From contig JBBIRK010000001.1 in the NCBI GenBank assembly GCA_037441845.1, positions 588,472-652,471 on the forward strand: a stretch of 64,000 bases of DNA, given 5' to 3'. Origin of the DNA: Candidatus Zixiibacteriota bacterium (GTDB lineage Bacteria > Zixibacteria > MSB-5A5 > UBA10806 > 4484-95). Of this stretch, positions 19,901 to 29,406 are shown one piece after another. The first letter of the stretch is position 1. Each line of letters begins with the position of its first letter. The notes under the pieces were generated by a model. The model had not been told where the DNA came from, searched no databases, and was given only the letters and a program-made list of their open reading frames with translations. Both the position numbers and the translations under genes were made by a program.

Positions 19901-20783
19901 CCTGAGTATTGGGATCACCGTCGGGATTGGTGGTCCACTGGAAAGATAAAATGGCGTCGGCGATGGTCCTGGATATTCCACCTCCACGATCGATCGGGGC
20001 CGAGGCGATCCATTGAGCATCGATAGCCACCCCGATAGTGTCTCCGCTCGGCGTGCGGCCGCAGATAGTCCCCATGGTGTGAGTGCCGTGACCGTTGGAG
20101 TCCATCGGATTCGGAGAATTCGCATACGGATCGTACCAACTTTCTTCGAATGTTCCGTTGCCGTTGACGTCGCCGCGGAATCTTGCGGCAAGCGCTGGAT
20201 GCGTTCCCGCCACGCCCGTATCCATGTTGGATACGACACGGCCGGCGCCGGTGTAGCCCAGCGCCCAGGCGGCCGGCGCGTTTATTCTTTCAAGCCCGAT
20301 CTCGTGAGTCGTGATCAGATCGGGATCGGCGCTTTTCGTCTCGACCGGAGCGATTAGCTCTATCGGATAAGCCCAGTATAAATCGCCGATATCGCTTCTC
20401 GATGCTATGGCATTGATGGCGGTGTTATTGGCAATGGCGATAAACATGTTGGCGATCCAAAGCATTTGATATTTTTCCACATCGCCGTTGATTCGCAGTT
20501 GTTCCAGAAAATCGGCCACCGCAGGTTGTGTGGCATTGGCCACTTCCTGCAACGCCTCGATTACGCGGCGATTGCGGTCGGCCAGCGTGGCCCTCTCGAG
20601 CTTAAGCTGTCTGTCGAGCGAACTTATATCCGCTTGCTGGCTCAACATGACGACAATTTGCAGTTTCTCGCTGGCGGCCAGACCCTGCATCTTATCCGCC
20701 AAGTCGGGCGTAATATAGCCCGCCATGAGCGCCGGAGTCGCAAGCAACACCAGCAGCAGACAGACCATTACGTTTTTCAACAT
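16974..20783 (-). CDS. Secreted S8 serine protease, paralog of 6744-11906, with T9SS type-A/FlgD-like C-terminal domain
   Basis: MDTGVA, HGTHTMGT, GTSMASPHV; same domain series as the paralog; ends FSLAQNYPNPFNP...SGIYFYRL...KMVMLK. Confidence 0.92.
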   Translation of the reverse strand: MLKNVMVCLLLVLLATPALMAGYITPDLADKMQGLAASEKLQIVVMLSQQADISSLDRQLKLERATLADRNRRVIEALQEVANATQPAVADFLEQLRINGDVEKYQMLWIANMFIAIANNTAINAIASRSDIGDLYWAYPIELIAPVETKSADPDLITTHEIGLERINAPAAWALGYTGAGRVVSNMDTGVAGTHPALAARFRGDVNGNGTFEESWYDPYANSPNPMDSNGHGTHTMGTICGRTPSGDTIGVAIDAQWIASAPIDRGGGISRTIADAILSFQWTTNPDGDPNTQDNPDAVGNSWGIPQSYAHQCDTTFWRVIDNCEAAGTVVVFSAGNESTQGLRSPAARATTLYNCFSVGAVDGSNPQLPLASFSSRGPSLCASGNLAIKPEVVAPGVNVRSAAPSGGYQTMSGTSMASPHVTGSVAVIRQVNPNLDVDAIKEILMSTARDLPFSSPNGEDNLYGHGIIDLYEACLVAQSGYGYVTGYVRDLQQRPIAGASVSVVNSPRRVTTNANGAYFMGLPADTTYNLVAEYFGHVPDSATVTITEDDTVMENFVLTPAPYGFVDGYVKETDSTPIAGAQLTVVGTPLDPVTTNSNGYYIFTNIPGGSNYTIQASAAGHGSGRTTLFVPVNDTVSADFYLQELESFEVNNGGWVGTGGWEWGAPSAGPGQAYDGSNVWADRLAGSYSNNADDTLYTTTFSITDSNATFTFYHWYNFENSYDGGNLAISVDGGATWQVLDPDGGYPDDQITGLEQEPGYTNASNGWLQAVFQVGAYVGQTVKFRFRFGTDGSVTRDGWFIDGVVLNGGINWGALEPSLTGINPTSFNVVLDSGSTVTRPLVLTNGGPGLLNYSAYVLTDGRLRGNPISYPDDENTNDIVKHEVGDLTYYDYAGEKADRNYSFDDGSITDFGGPDGFGYRWIDSNEPQGPDYSWIDITTRGNPIPGLGDDTNVGPFDIGFNFPFYGNEFSTFRFCTNGWISFTSTVTTYSNRVLPSTPEPYNLIAPFWDDLTFATAGTAYYLSTGDSLIVSWHDVPHFGTGGPYTFQIILLASGKIVFQYQTVNSPVNSSTTGIQNSNGSVGLQVAFNQDYLTNELAVEIRYPVFWLTIDPRAGAIFPNESGTINVTFDASELPVGMYTGSIQIITNDPDHQSVSVPCTLQVVRTDIAENDGALPAVFSLAQNYPNPFNPTTEISFGLPTAGPVKLEIFDIVGRKVKTLVNREMAAGVHKVIWDGRNEEGGSVGSGIYFYRLSSGDNSIARKMVMLK

Positions 20784-21284
20784 CGAAAACTCCTTTGTTT
20801 GATATTATTAACGACGATTTTTCAAACCAGAGCACAGCCCTATGAATGTTACTCTCCGTATGGCATTAGGCAAAAAATATGCCTTAGACCGTCTTCATGC
20901 AAGCGTTTAATTCGATTTGATAATAATAAGTTATACTGAAACGAAATAATAACGAATTCCGCCGGCGTTATTTATATTCACACCGCTGGGGCTGACAGCT
21001 TATTGTATTGACAATAAACAACTTAGTCTGCCGTATTGAGATATTGGACATAACAGTGTGAGATTATGGAGCAGGTGCCGACCAAGATATTTCGACAATG
21101 TAATTTGATTTTCTCTACAGTAGATTGAAAAAAAGCGGTCAATTCGGTTAAACAATAGATTTTAATAGCTGCATATAATTGCAGGTTTTGATTGCATTTT
21201 ATCCGTTAACTTCACTTCGGATTCAACCGACGACCTCCCCGAACCCCTCAACGCATTTGCCACGAATCTCCGCTAATCCACGAA

Positions 21285-22010
21285 TCATTCCCGCTTATCT
21301 ATCAAGGTTTCCGTCGATTCTGCCGGTATCGTCTCGAGCGAAAGTTGGCCGTCTCCATCTATCCGGCCGATAAAAGATTGCCGCGCTTGGGCCTCCCGGA
21401 ACAACGTCTTGAATTTATTGACGTTGAAAAAGCGCCCCAACCAACCGTAACGACCGATGGCCTCTGCAAGTTTCGATTCGGCACCTGGGAGCTGGGTTCT
21501 GTCGAATATGAAATCATCGGGTCTCGACCGCCACGACTGGCTGCGATCGGCCACGGCATCCGTGATCGCAAAACATCTTTCTCCATCGAAAAGAAGACGT
21601 GCCAATCCTTTTATTCTTACCGCTTGTCCCTCGATCCGCCATCTGTCACCCGAAAGATAAAATGCGGGCGGCGCCTTGGTTGTGTCCTGACCCGGATAAC
21701 TTACCACGAATTTCATCGATTTCACCGGATCGTCGGTTTGCCAGACATCGATTCGAAAACAGACTCTGTTTTCGCCGAATTTGCGAAAAAACCTCAGATT
21801 ATCCGCAGCCCAAAAAAGCGCCCAGGAAACAACCAGAGCAACCAGCGCCGCCAGAATTGCCGCGATACTTGCATCCCGAGGCGGCCGACGTACACTATGA
21901 CCCCGTGAGTAATAGCTGGTTCGACGAAGCTGCCTATAGAGAAACCACAATAGAAGCAATAAGCCCAAAGCAAGCAGGACGCCGGCTATGGTGATCGTGC
22001 GGGATATCAC
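21285..22010 (-). CDS. Hypothetical membrane protein (two N-terminal TM helices)
   Basis: Two hydrophobic segments, GGGAG RBS, 12 nt downstream of the bactofilin gene. Confidence 0.6.
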   Translation of the reverse strand: MISRTITIAGVLLALGLLLLLWFLYRQLRRTSYYSRGHSVRRPPRDASIAAILAALVALVVSWALFWAADNLRFFRKFGENRVCFRIDVWQTDDPVKSMKFVVSYPGQDTTKAPPAFYLSGDRWRIEGQAVRIKGLARLLFDGERCFAITDAVADRSQSWRSRPDDFIFDRTQLPGAESKLAEAIGRYGWLGRFFNVNKFKTLFREAQARQSFIGRIDGDGQLSLETIPAESTETLIDKRE

Positions 22011-22022
22011 CTGCTCCCGTCC

Positions 22023-22427
22023 CTACGTCTGTTTGGTCGCCGGGCTGCCGGAAACGGTATGGTTTTCTTTGCCCGGGATCGATTCGTTCAGCATGCGCGA
22101 ACTGCCGTGAAACAACGCCCCGTGTTCGATCAGAAGCGACTTGGCCACCAGATCGCCTTTGAATTCGGCTTTGGCTTGAAGCTCGATTTTCTCGAGCGCC
22201 TCGAGGTTGCCGTGCACCTTGCCGCCCACGATAATCGATTTAGCCTTGATATCCGCCTTGACCTCGCCGCTGGTTCCGATGGTAACCATGTCGTTGGAAA
22301 TCAGTTTCCCGTTTAAGGTCCCATCGATACGAGTCGATCCCTCCACGATCAGCGAGCCTTCCACTTTGGAACCCTTGCCGATTATCGTGTCGAGCTTACC
22401 TTCGTAACGCACTTCTTTGTCAGCCAT
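22023..22427 (-). CDS. Bactofilin (polymer-forming cytoskeletal protein)
   Basis: TIIGKG...VEGS...RIDG...IVGGKVHGNL...IEHGALFHG beta-helix pattern. Confidence 0.93.
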   Translation of the reverse strand: MADKEVRYEGKLDTIIGKGSKVEGSLIVEGSTRIDGTLNGKLISNDMVTIGTSGEVKADIKAKSIIVGGKVHGNLEALEKIELQAKAEFKGDLVAKSLLIEHGALFHGSSRMLNESIPGKENHTVSGSPATKQT

Positions 22428-22469
22428 TAATGCTATCCCTCCTCGGATTTGTCCGACAAGTCGGAAAAA

Positions 22470-23270
22470 TTATTCTATGTAAGGCGAGGGGTCAACCGGC
22501 TCGCCGTTTTTCAATATCCCATAGTGAAGATGGGGGGCAGTGGAACGCCCCGTATTTCCGGAAAGCGCTATCGCCTGGCCGCGATAAACCCGATCGCCGG
22601 CGCTGATCAGTATTTTCTGATTGTGTCCATAAACCGTTCGGAACTCGTTGCCGTGATCGATTATCACCAGGAAGCCGTAGTCTTTATCCCAGCCCGCGAA
22701 CACCACTTCGCCGGTCGCCGTAGCCACCACCGGCGTTCCCTCTCTTACGGCGATATCGATACCGTCGTGCTTGCCCCGCGAGGCCGTCGAATCGGCGATG
22801 AACTGACGCGTTATCCAGCCATAGAGCGGCCGCCCCCGCGGAACCCGCGCTTTCTCCAGCTCCTCATCGCTTGCCAGCGGATTGTCGCCGGCCAAACCGG
22901 AGACCACTTGCCGGCGGTTGGTATCGGCGATCGAGTCGAAAACCGGCAGCAGCCCCGGACTGATTTGTTCGAGCTCGATACCGGCAAGAGCCGCTATGCG
23001 GGCGGTCAGTTCGCGGTTCTTTTGAAAACTTTTTTCGATTTCGACCACCCGGATATTGTAATCGCGCAGCCGTTCGTTTTCCTGGCGCAGTTCTTCGCTC
23101 AAACGCGCCTGATAAGCGAGGCGGCCGTAAAAAATCGTAAAAATCAGCAGAATCAATATCCAGCCGGCAGCCGCTCCGGCGATAATTTTCAAGGCCAGAG
23201 TCGAAACCCGAAAATTGTGACTCGGATGACCGCCCTCGGGAATAATCAACAGATTAATATACTTCTTCAT
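22470..23270 (-). CDS. M23 family peptidoglycan endopeptidase with TM helix and coiled coil
   Basis: HDGID, YGH, GNTGRSTAPHLHY, PVDP motifs. Confidence 0.93.
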   Translation of the reverse strand: MKKYINLLIIPEGGHPSHNFRVSTLALKIIAGAAAGWILILLIFTIFYGRLAYQARLSEELRQENERLRDYNIRVVEIEKSFQKNRELTARIAALAGIELEQISPGLLPVFDSIADTNRRQVVSGLAGDNPLASDEELEKARVPRGRPLYGWITRQFIADSTASRGKHDGIDIAVREGTPVVATATGEVVFAGWDKDYGFLVIIDHGNEFRTVYGHNQKILISAGDRVYRGQAIALSGNTGRSTAPHLHYGILKNGEPVDPSPYIE

Positions 23271-24127
23271 TTTCGGTCAAAAAGCCTTAATATGTCAATA
23301 ATTCTTGACAGCCCCTCGTTGTCGTAATATTCGATAACGATTTTTCCGCCGCGCTTTTTCGGCCTTATCGAAACTTTCGTTCCCAGAAGCCGCCTTAGCG
23401 CATCCTCGATCGGCCGCATGCGGTCATCCGGGGCCGACGATTCGCCGGTCGAAGTTCTTCTTTTTCCGTAAACGATCTGTTCGAGTTCGCGCACCGACAA
23501 CCTACCGCTAACAGCTTTATCGGCAAGCTCGATTTTTTCTTTCTCTCCCGGGACCGCCAGAATCACTCTGGCCGCGCCCTCGCTGAGCCTGCCGGCGGCG
23601 ATATATCCCTTGACCTTGTCCGGCAAGGAAAGAAGACGTAAAGTATTCGATACACTGGAACGGTCTTTGCCGATTCGTTCGGCCAGTTCGTTCTGGGTGA
23701 TTCCGCACTCCTGAATCAACGTGCGGAAAGCCTCGGCTTCCTCGAGAGGATTCAGGTTTTCCCTCTGGATATTTTCGATTAAAGCAAGCTCCATCACGTC
23801 GCGTTTGGAGACTTCGTCGAAAACGATCGCCGGCAGTTTTTCCATCTGCAGATAATGGGCGGCGCGTAGTCTTCTTTCGCCGACAATAAGCTCGAAATCG
23901 GAGCCGGCGCGCCTGACCACCAAAGGCTGAACCAGTCCCTTTTGTTTGATCGAGTCGGCCAACTCTTTGATTTTTTCTTCGGCGAACGCTTTGCGCGGCT
24001 GATAGGGGTTCGGCCTGATTCTCGATATTTCGATATCGACCACCGAGTGACCGGGTCCGCTTTCCGCGGATTGTTCGACCACCGGTATGAGTGCATCGAG
24101 GCCGCGGCCCAATGCCAATCTTTTCAT
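23267..24127 (-). CDS. parB: Chromosome partitioning protein ParB/Spo0J
   Basis: ALGRGLDAL, PNPYQPRK, GERRLRA, ENIQRENL, HTH. Confidence 0.98.
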   Translation of the reverse strand: MKRLALGRGLDALIPVVEQSAESGPGHSVVDIEISRIRPNPYQPRKAFAEEKIKELADSIKQKGLVQPLVVRRAGSDFELIVGERRLRAAHYLQMEKLPAIVFDEVSKRDVMELALIENIQRENLNPLEEAEAFRTLIQECGITQNELAERIGKDRSSVSNTLRLLSLPDKVKGYIAAGRLSEGAARVILAVPGEKEKIELADKAVSGRLSVRELEQIVYGKRRTSTGESSAPDDRMRPIEDALRRLLGTKVSIRPKKRGGKIVIEYYDNEGLSRIIDILRLFDRK

Positions 24128-24888
24128 CTGGATAACACCTCCCTGGCGAAACGAATATAATTTTTCGCTCCCGAGGATTCAATATCATAAAGCAAGATAG
24201 GCTTGCCGAATCCGGGCGCCTCCGATAATCTCACGTTGCGGTTTATTACCGTTTCATAGACTTTATCGTTGAAAAATTTCCTGGCGTTCTCGGCAACTTG
24301 ACGCGAGAGGCTCAGCCGGTTGTCATACATGGTTAACAATACGCCATGAATTTGCAGTCCGGGATTCAGATGTTTTTGAACCAGTCCGATCGTGTTCATA
24401 AGTTGGCTCAATCCCTCCAAGGCATAGAACTCGCATTGGATAGGTATAATGACACTGTCGGCCGTGGTCAATGCGTTCAGAGTCAAGAGTCCCAGCGACG
24501 GCGGACAATCGATTATGATGAACTCATAATCTGAAACGATTGCGGCGATCGCTCTTTTAAGCCGATACTCTCTTTCCGGAACGTTTACCAATTCGATTTC
24601 CGCTCCGACCAGATTTATATTGGCCGGCAGCAAGTGCAGGTATTTGATTTCGGTTTCGATTATGGCGCTTTCCGCCGACAGATCGGTTACCATCACCTCA
24701 TAGATCGAACTACTTATATTTTTTTTATCGAGCCCCATGCCCGAGGTGGTGTTGGCCTGCGGATCGATATCGATCAGCAAAGTTTTATGTTCGGCCACCG
24801 CCAGGCAGCTGGATAGATTTATAGCCGTGGTCGTTTTGCCGACCCCGCCCTTTTGATTGGCGATCGCAAAAATCTTCCCCATTTTCAT
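24124..24888 (-). CDS. parA: Chromosome partitioning ATPase ParA/Soj
   Basis: NQKGGVGKTTT, DIDPQAN, DCPPSLG, QCEFYALEG. Confidence 0.98.
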   Translation of the reverse strand: MKMGKIFAIANQKGGVGKTTTAINLSSCLAVAEHKTLLIDIDPQANTTSGMGLDKKNISSSIYEVMVTDLSAESAIIETEIKYLHLLPANINLVGAEIELVNVPEREYRLKRAIAAIVSDYEFIIIDCPPSLGLLTLNALTTADSVIIPIQCEFYALEGLSQLMNTIGLVQKHLNPGLQIHGVLLTMYDNRLSLSRQVAENARKFFNDKVYETVINRNVRLSEAPGFGKPILLYDIESSGAKNYIRFAREVLSR

Positions 24889-24949
24889 TCCGCCGTTAGG
24901 TTTTTCGCAGAGAATTTTATATCATTATTTCCGCGAACGCAAGCAAAGT

Positions 24950-24965
24950 TGTTTCACGTGAAACG
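24950..24965. other. parS site upstream of parA
   Basis: TGTTTCACGTGAAACG, 15/16 to consensus TGTTTCACGTGAAACA. Confidence 0.92.
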
Positions 24966-25056
24966 TTTTTTATCGAATTTTCGAAAGCGGAAAATTGGAT
25001 TTTCAGGTTTTTCGCCTGCTTTATTGCCTGAAGATCCGGCTTCTCACAATCGAGGC

Positions 25057-25605
25057 TTAAATCGTCAGCGTCTCTATATCGCCCAATTTGCGGAAATGTA
25101 GAATCACGCCGTTATCGTTCAACCGGCCGCGCACGATTTCCAGCAGCTCTTTTTTGTTGCAGACGGCGCGCGCCAAAACTATATCGTATTTGGCGTCGTC
25201 GGATTCCCATCGTCGATTGCGAACCTCGACATTCGCTAAATTTAACTTCTCAACCACCCTGTTTAAGAAAAGAGCTTTCAAGCGTCGTGATTCATAAAGG
25301 ACAAATCTGGTCTGCGGTCGAGCGATTGCCACCGGGATCCCCGGGAAACCAGCCCCGCTGCCGATATCGGCCGCTTTAGACCCCGGGGGAAACGGGTGGC
25401 AGCCGAGCACGGTCAAGGAATCCAAAAGATGTCGTTCCACGAGTTTGTCGAGGTCGTTGCGCGAAATAAGGTTCATTCGATTGGATTCTTTCCTTATATA
25501 GGATAGATAGTCCAGCATTGCGGTTAACTGACTTGGGGTAAATCGTTCGCCGTGCTCTACAGCCCAGGTCTCGATCGGTGCAATCTCGTCATTTTCCCAT
25601 TTCAT
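25057..25605 (-). CDS. rsmG: 16S rRNA m7G527 methyltransferase RsmG (GidB), short form
   Basis: MNLIS, RHLLDSL, DIGSGAGFPGIP, ARAV; position between mnmG and parA. Confidence 0.93.
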   Translation of the reverse strand: MKWENDEIAPIETWAVEHGERFTPSQLTAMLDYLSYIRKESNRMNLISRNDLDKLVERHLLDSLTVLGCHPFPPGSKAADIGSGAGFPGIPVAIARPQTRFVLYESRRLKALFLNRVVEKLNLANVEVRNRRWESDDAKYDIVLARAVCNKKELLEIVRGRLNDNGVILHFRKLGDIETLTI

Positions 25606-25611
25606 GCCGGC

Positions 25612-27420
25612 CTACTTTTTCAGATGCACCATTAAAAGTGCTATGTCGCCCGGGGAGACTCCTGAAATCCTCGATGCCTGTCCGATGGTAATCGGACGGA
25701 AACGGGCGAGTTTTTCTCTGGCTTCTTTTTTAAGCCCGGTTATTCGGGAATAGTCGAACCAATGCGGTATTTTGTGCGACTCGAGATTAAGGTAGCGCTC
25801 CAGCTGAAGTTTCTGTCGTTCGATATAACCCTCGTATTTGATATCGATAAGCGCACCCTCGATAACTTTCCTGCCTATGTTGTCGATCGGTCCGAGGGCA
25901 GCGAGAATATCGGCAATATCGATATCGTTTCTTTTTGCCGCTTCCGCCACCGTGATCGTTTGGTTCGGTGTTTTCAGGGTAAGCTTTCGCGCCCTAAATT
26001 CGGCATTTAGTCTCTTTCTTGCAGCTGATTCCGCCTCGATTTTCACTCGGTCTTTTTCACCGATCAGGCCGAGTTTGATACCGATTCCGGACAATCTGTC
26101 CTTAGCGTTATCTTCGCGAAGATGCAATCGATACTCGGCTCTCGAGGTGAACATTCGATACGGCTCGGCCGTCGATTTGGTGGTCAGGTCGTCGATAAGG
26201 ACCCCGATATACGCCTGCGATCGATTCAAAATAAGCGGCTTTTCCCCCCTAATTTTCAAGGCAGCATTTATTCCGGCGATCAATCCTTGGGCGGCGGCCT
26301 CTTCATAGCCCGACGTACCATTTATTTGACCCGCCATGAATAACCCGGGAAGTCGCTTGGTTTCAAGACTCGGCAGAAGTTGATAAGGCGGAAAATAATC
26401 GTATTCTATGGCATAGGCGGGGCGATTGAATTGCACCCGTTCCAACCCCTGAACCGTCCTGACCGCCTCGATTTGGACCTCCTCAGGCAGAGACGATGAG
26501 AAGCCGTTGAGATAGTACTCATCGCCCGCTACACTTTCCGGCTCAAGAAAAAGCTGATGTTGTTCTTTTTCGGCGAAACGAACCACTTTATCCTCGATCG
26601 AGGGGCAATATCTCGGGCCGACACCTTTGATTCGGCCTCCATACATAGCTGACTTATCGAGATTCCGGCGGATTATTTCGTGGGTGCGGTGGTTCGTATG
26701 GGTTAGATGACAAACTATTTGATTTCTGACCGGGCATGTCGTGCGCCAGGAAAATGCCGGCGGTGGTTCGTCGCCCGGCTGCGGAAGGCATTTTGATAGA
26801 TCTATTGTGTTGCCCTTGAGGCGTGGGGGCGTGCCGGTTTTCAAACGTCCGCTCTCGAAACCGAGATCCACGAGAAATTCGGTGAGTCCGCGCGAGGGTT
26901 TTTCGCCGATTCTGCCGGCCGGGATTTTTCTTTCGCCGATATGTATCAGTCCGTTCAAGAAAGTTCCGCAGGTTATTATCACCGCCTTGGCGCTTATTGT
27001 TTCACGTGAAACCAAAGTTACGCCGCAACAGACTCCGTCGACTATCTTCAGTCCGACCACGTCATCCTCGATAACCATCAGTTTCGACTGAGAGTTAACC
27101 GCAGCGGTCATGTTTTCTCTGTAAAGATTGCGATCCACTTGAACGCGATGCGCTTGAACTGCCGGGCCACGACTTCTATTCAAAATTCTGAATTGTAATC
27201 CCGATAGGTCGGTGCAGTATCCCATCTCACCGCCCAGAGCATCGATTTCACACACCAAGTGTCCCTTGGCCAACCCACCCACCGCCGGATTGCAGCTCAT
27301 CTGGGCGATTTTATTGGTGTCGAGAGTTATGAGAGCAGTATCGATTCCGAGACGTGCCCCAGCCAAAGCCGCCTCGCAACCGGCGTGACCGGCGCCTACA
27401 ACTATCAATTCGAAATCCAT
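25612..27420 (-). CDS. mnmG: tRNA uridine-5-carboxymethylaminomethyl modification enzyme MnmG (GidA)
   Basis: [48 protein letters not shown]. Confidence 0.99.
   Translation of the reverse strand: MDFELIVVGAGHAGCEAALAGARLGIDTALITLDTNKIAQMSCNPAVGGLAKGHLVCEIDALGGEMGYCTDLSGLQFRILNRSRGPAVQAHRVQVDRNLYRENMTAAVNSQSKLMVIEDDVVGLKIVDGVCCGVTLVSRETISAKAVIITCGTFLNGLIHIGERKIPAGRIGEKPSRGLTEFLVDLGFESGRLKTGTPPRLKGNTIDLSKCLPQPGDEPPPAFSWRTTCPVRNQIVCHLTHTNHRTHEIIRRNLDKSAMYGGRIKGVGPRYCPSIEDKVVRFAEKEQHQLFLEPESVAGDEYYLNGFSSSLPEEVQIEAVRTVQGLERVQFNRPAYAIEYDYFPPYQLLPSLETKRLPGLFMAGQINGTSGYEEAAAQGLIAGINAALKIRGEKPLILNRSQAYIGVLIDDLTTKSTAEPYRMFTSRAEYRLHLREDNAKDRLSGIGIKLGLIGEKDRVKIEAESAARKRLNAEFRARKLTLKTPNQTITVAEAAKRNDIDIADILAALGPIDNIGRKVIEGALIDIKYEGYIERQKLQLERYLNLESHKIPHWFDYSRITGLKKEAREKLARFRPITIGQASRISGVSPGDIALLMVHLKK
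26998..27013. other. parS site inside mnmG
   Basis: TGTTTCACGTGAAACC, 15/16 to consensus; encodes VSRET. Confidence 0.85.
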
Positions 27421-27542
27421 GTGGAAATCCTGTGGAAAGTGTTGAGAAGTTTTCGCCCTAATCTAATTATTCGACAAGGAAGGAGTTCGGTAATCATTCA
27501 ATTATTATTGAATTAGGTTTTGCTAATTATCAGAATTTACTG

Positions 27543-28907
27543 CTACTTACCAATACAAAACCGACTAAATATCGAATTTAAAATATCCTCGCTTGTAACT
27601 TTCCCGAGCAGTTCGGCCAAGGAATCGAGCGCCTCGCGTAACTCAACAGAGAGCACTTCCTCGGGTTCTCCTTGCTTGACGCTTTCTATTGCTCTGACGA
27701 TATGTTCTCGCGTTCGTTGGGCGCATAGAAACTGTCTTTGCGAAAGAAGGATTCCGGCTTCATCGCTGATTTCAACCGCAACAAGCTTGCTCAGTGCATC
27801 GATCAGTTCGGGGATTCCGCTACCGGTTTTGGCAGAGACCTTGACAATTTTGGCATTGTCGGCCATTTGGACTTGAAGAGGAGCATCCTGCGGGAGTATA
27901 TCGATTTTCGTAACCACCAGTATATACTTGCGGTTACTGATTTTTTCAAGAATGGTCAGTTCGGTAGAGGAAAGTTCTCTGCCGCATTCGACGGCCATCA
28001 ATAAAATATCCGAATTGTCGATCAATTCGTTTGTTCTTCTGATACCTTCCATTTCGATGTCTTGAGCATCTTCTCTGATTCCCGCAGTGTCGATAAGTTT
28101 GACTGGGAAGCCGGCCAGGTCCAGATAATCGGCGATATAATCGCGGGTGGTCCCCGGTTCGGGGCTTGTTATTGCACGATCCGCTCTCAAAAGGGCGTTA
28201 AAAAGAGTCGATTTTCCCACGTTTGCATCTCCGATAATCGCTATCTGCATTTCGCCGGATACCAGTCGGCCGAAATCATAGTTATTGGTGAGCCGGGAAA
28301 GCTCCTCGTCGATCGGCTCAAGCGATTCCAGTAACGATTTTTTCGACAACCTGGTTATCTCATCTTCGACAAAATCGATTTGCGCTTCGATCACTGTCAA
28401 CAGCTCGATTAGTTGCGTTTCGATTTTTTTGAGTCTTTTATGAAGTTTTCCGGCGAGATTATCCAGGGCGATTAGGCCCGAGCGTTCGGTTCGGGCTTTG
28501 ATTATGGTATCGACGGCCTCCGCTTGTGTCAAATCGAGTTTACCATTGAGGAAGGCGCGCAACGTGAACTCGCCCGGTCGCGCCGGCCTGGCTCCATTGG
28601 CGCATGCGGCCGCGAGAACCCGCTCGGGCACGACCCGGCCGCCGTGACAAACGATTTCGAGCATATCTTCGCCGGTGTAGCTTGCCGGGGCGCGATAATA
28701 GATCGCCACCACGGTGTCGATAATTCGACCATTGCCATCGCCCAAAGCTGTGTAGGCGGCGTACCTTTCTTTCGGGCGGCCCCCGGCCAACAACCTGCCG
28801 GCGATTTCCGCCGAGGCGGGGCCGGAAAGCCGAACCACCGCCAGGGCGCTTTCCCCGGGCGGCGTGGCGATCGCCGCTATTGTGTCAATCGTATTGAACA
28901 TCTGCAA
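27543..28907 (-). CDS. mnmE: tRNA modification GTPase MnmE (TrmE)
   Basis: DTIAAIATP, SYTGED, GEFTLRAFLNGK, GDANVGKS, GTTRD, DTAG, terminal FCIGK. Confidence 0.99.
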   Translation of the reverse strand: MQMFNTIDTIAAIATPPGESALAVVRLSGPASAEIAGRLLAGGRPKERYAAYTALGDGNGRIIDTVVAIYYRAPASYTGEDMLEIVCHGGRVVPERVLAAACANGARPARPGEFTLRAFLNGKLDLTQAEAVDTIIKARTERSGLIALDNLAGKLHKRLKKIETQLIELLTVIEAQIDFVEDEITRLSKKSLLESLEPIDEELSRLTNNYDFGRLVSGEMQIAIIGDANVGKSTLFNALLRADRAITSPEPGTTRDYIADYLDLAGFPVKLIDTAGIREDAQDIEMEGIRRTNELIDNSDILLMAVECGRELSSTELTILEKISNRKYILVVTKIDILPQDAPLQVQMADNAKIVKVSAKTGSGIPELIDALSKLVAVEISDEAGILLSQRQFLCAQRTREHIVRAIESVKQGEPEEVLSVELREALDSLAELLGKVTSEDILNSIFSRFCIGK

Positions 28908-29148
28908 TCATCCAAAACGGACAAGCCTTGCACGCGCAAACCAACCGGTAACGATAAATCTGCCCGCCGGGACGGAAACAAAAATAATCGGCCGGCACGT
29001 TTTTGCAAGCCGTTTTTTGCGGACACGAGAATGCCGCCGATCCCGACACATATCCTGCTGAATCGGTCTAATTCCGCGATCGAGGTTCCGGGAAAGTGTG
29101 GCGATTCATTATATCGTGTTCGAGAAAGTGAATACCGCAAATGCTATA

Positions 29149-29406
29149 TTACGGGGGCGGGAAAAAATGACAGTGGCTCAATGTCGCCGATCCTTTGAAA
29201 TAGGCTGCCAACCGAGTGATATCCGATCCCCTGAATTCACAATTTCCGTTGACATCGCCGGCCACATACAAATACGCCGATGTCGAATCGAGATAACAGC
29301 TGTCGGGAGGCGGCGTCCCTATTCCCTTGAAATAACGCACACCGAAAGTGACATCGCCGCCGATCCGGTTGCCATCGCCGTTTATATCGCCGGGTATATA
29401 GAGGCA
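29149..29406 (-). repeat. Cys-containing dockerin-like module, copy B
   Basis: CLYIPGDINGDGNRIGGDVTFGVRYFKG...GDVNGNCEFRGSDITRLAAYFKG...CHFFPPP. Confidence 0.85.

Noticed and set aside
27414..27439. TGTGGAAA pair at the mnmG start as DnaA boxes or parS
   Set aside because: At least two mismatches to either consensus; too weak alone.
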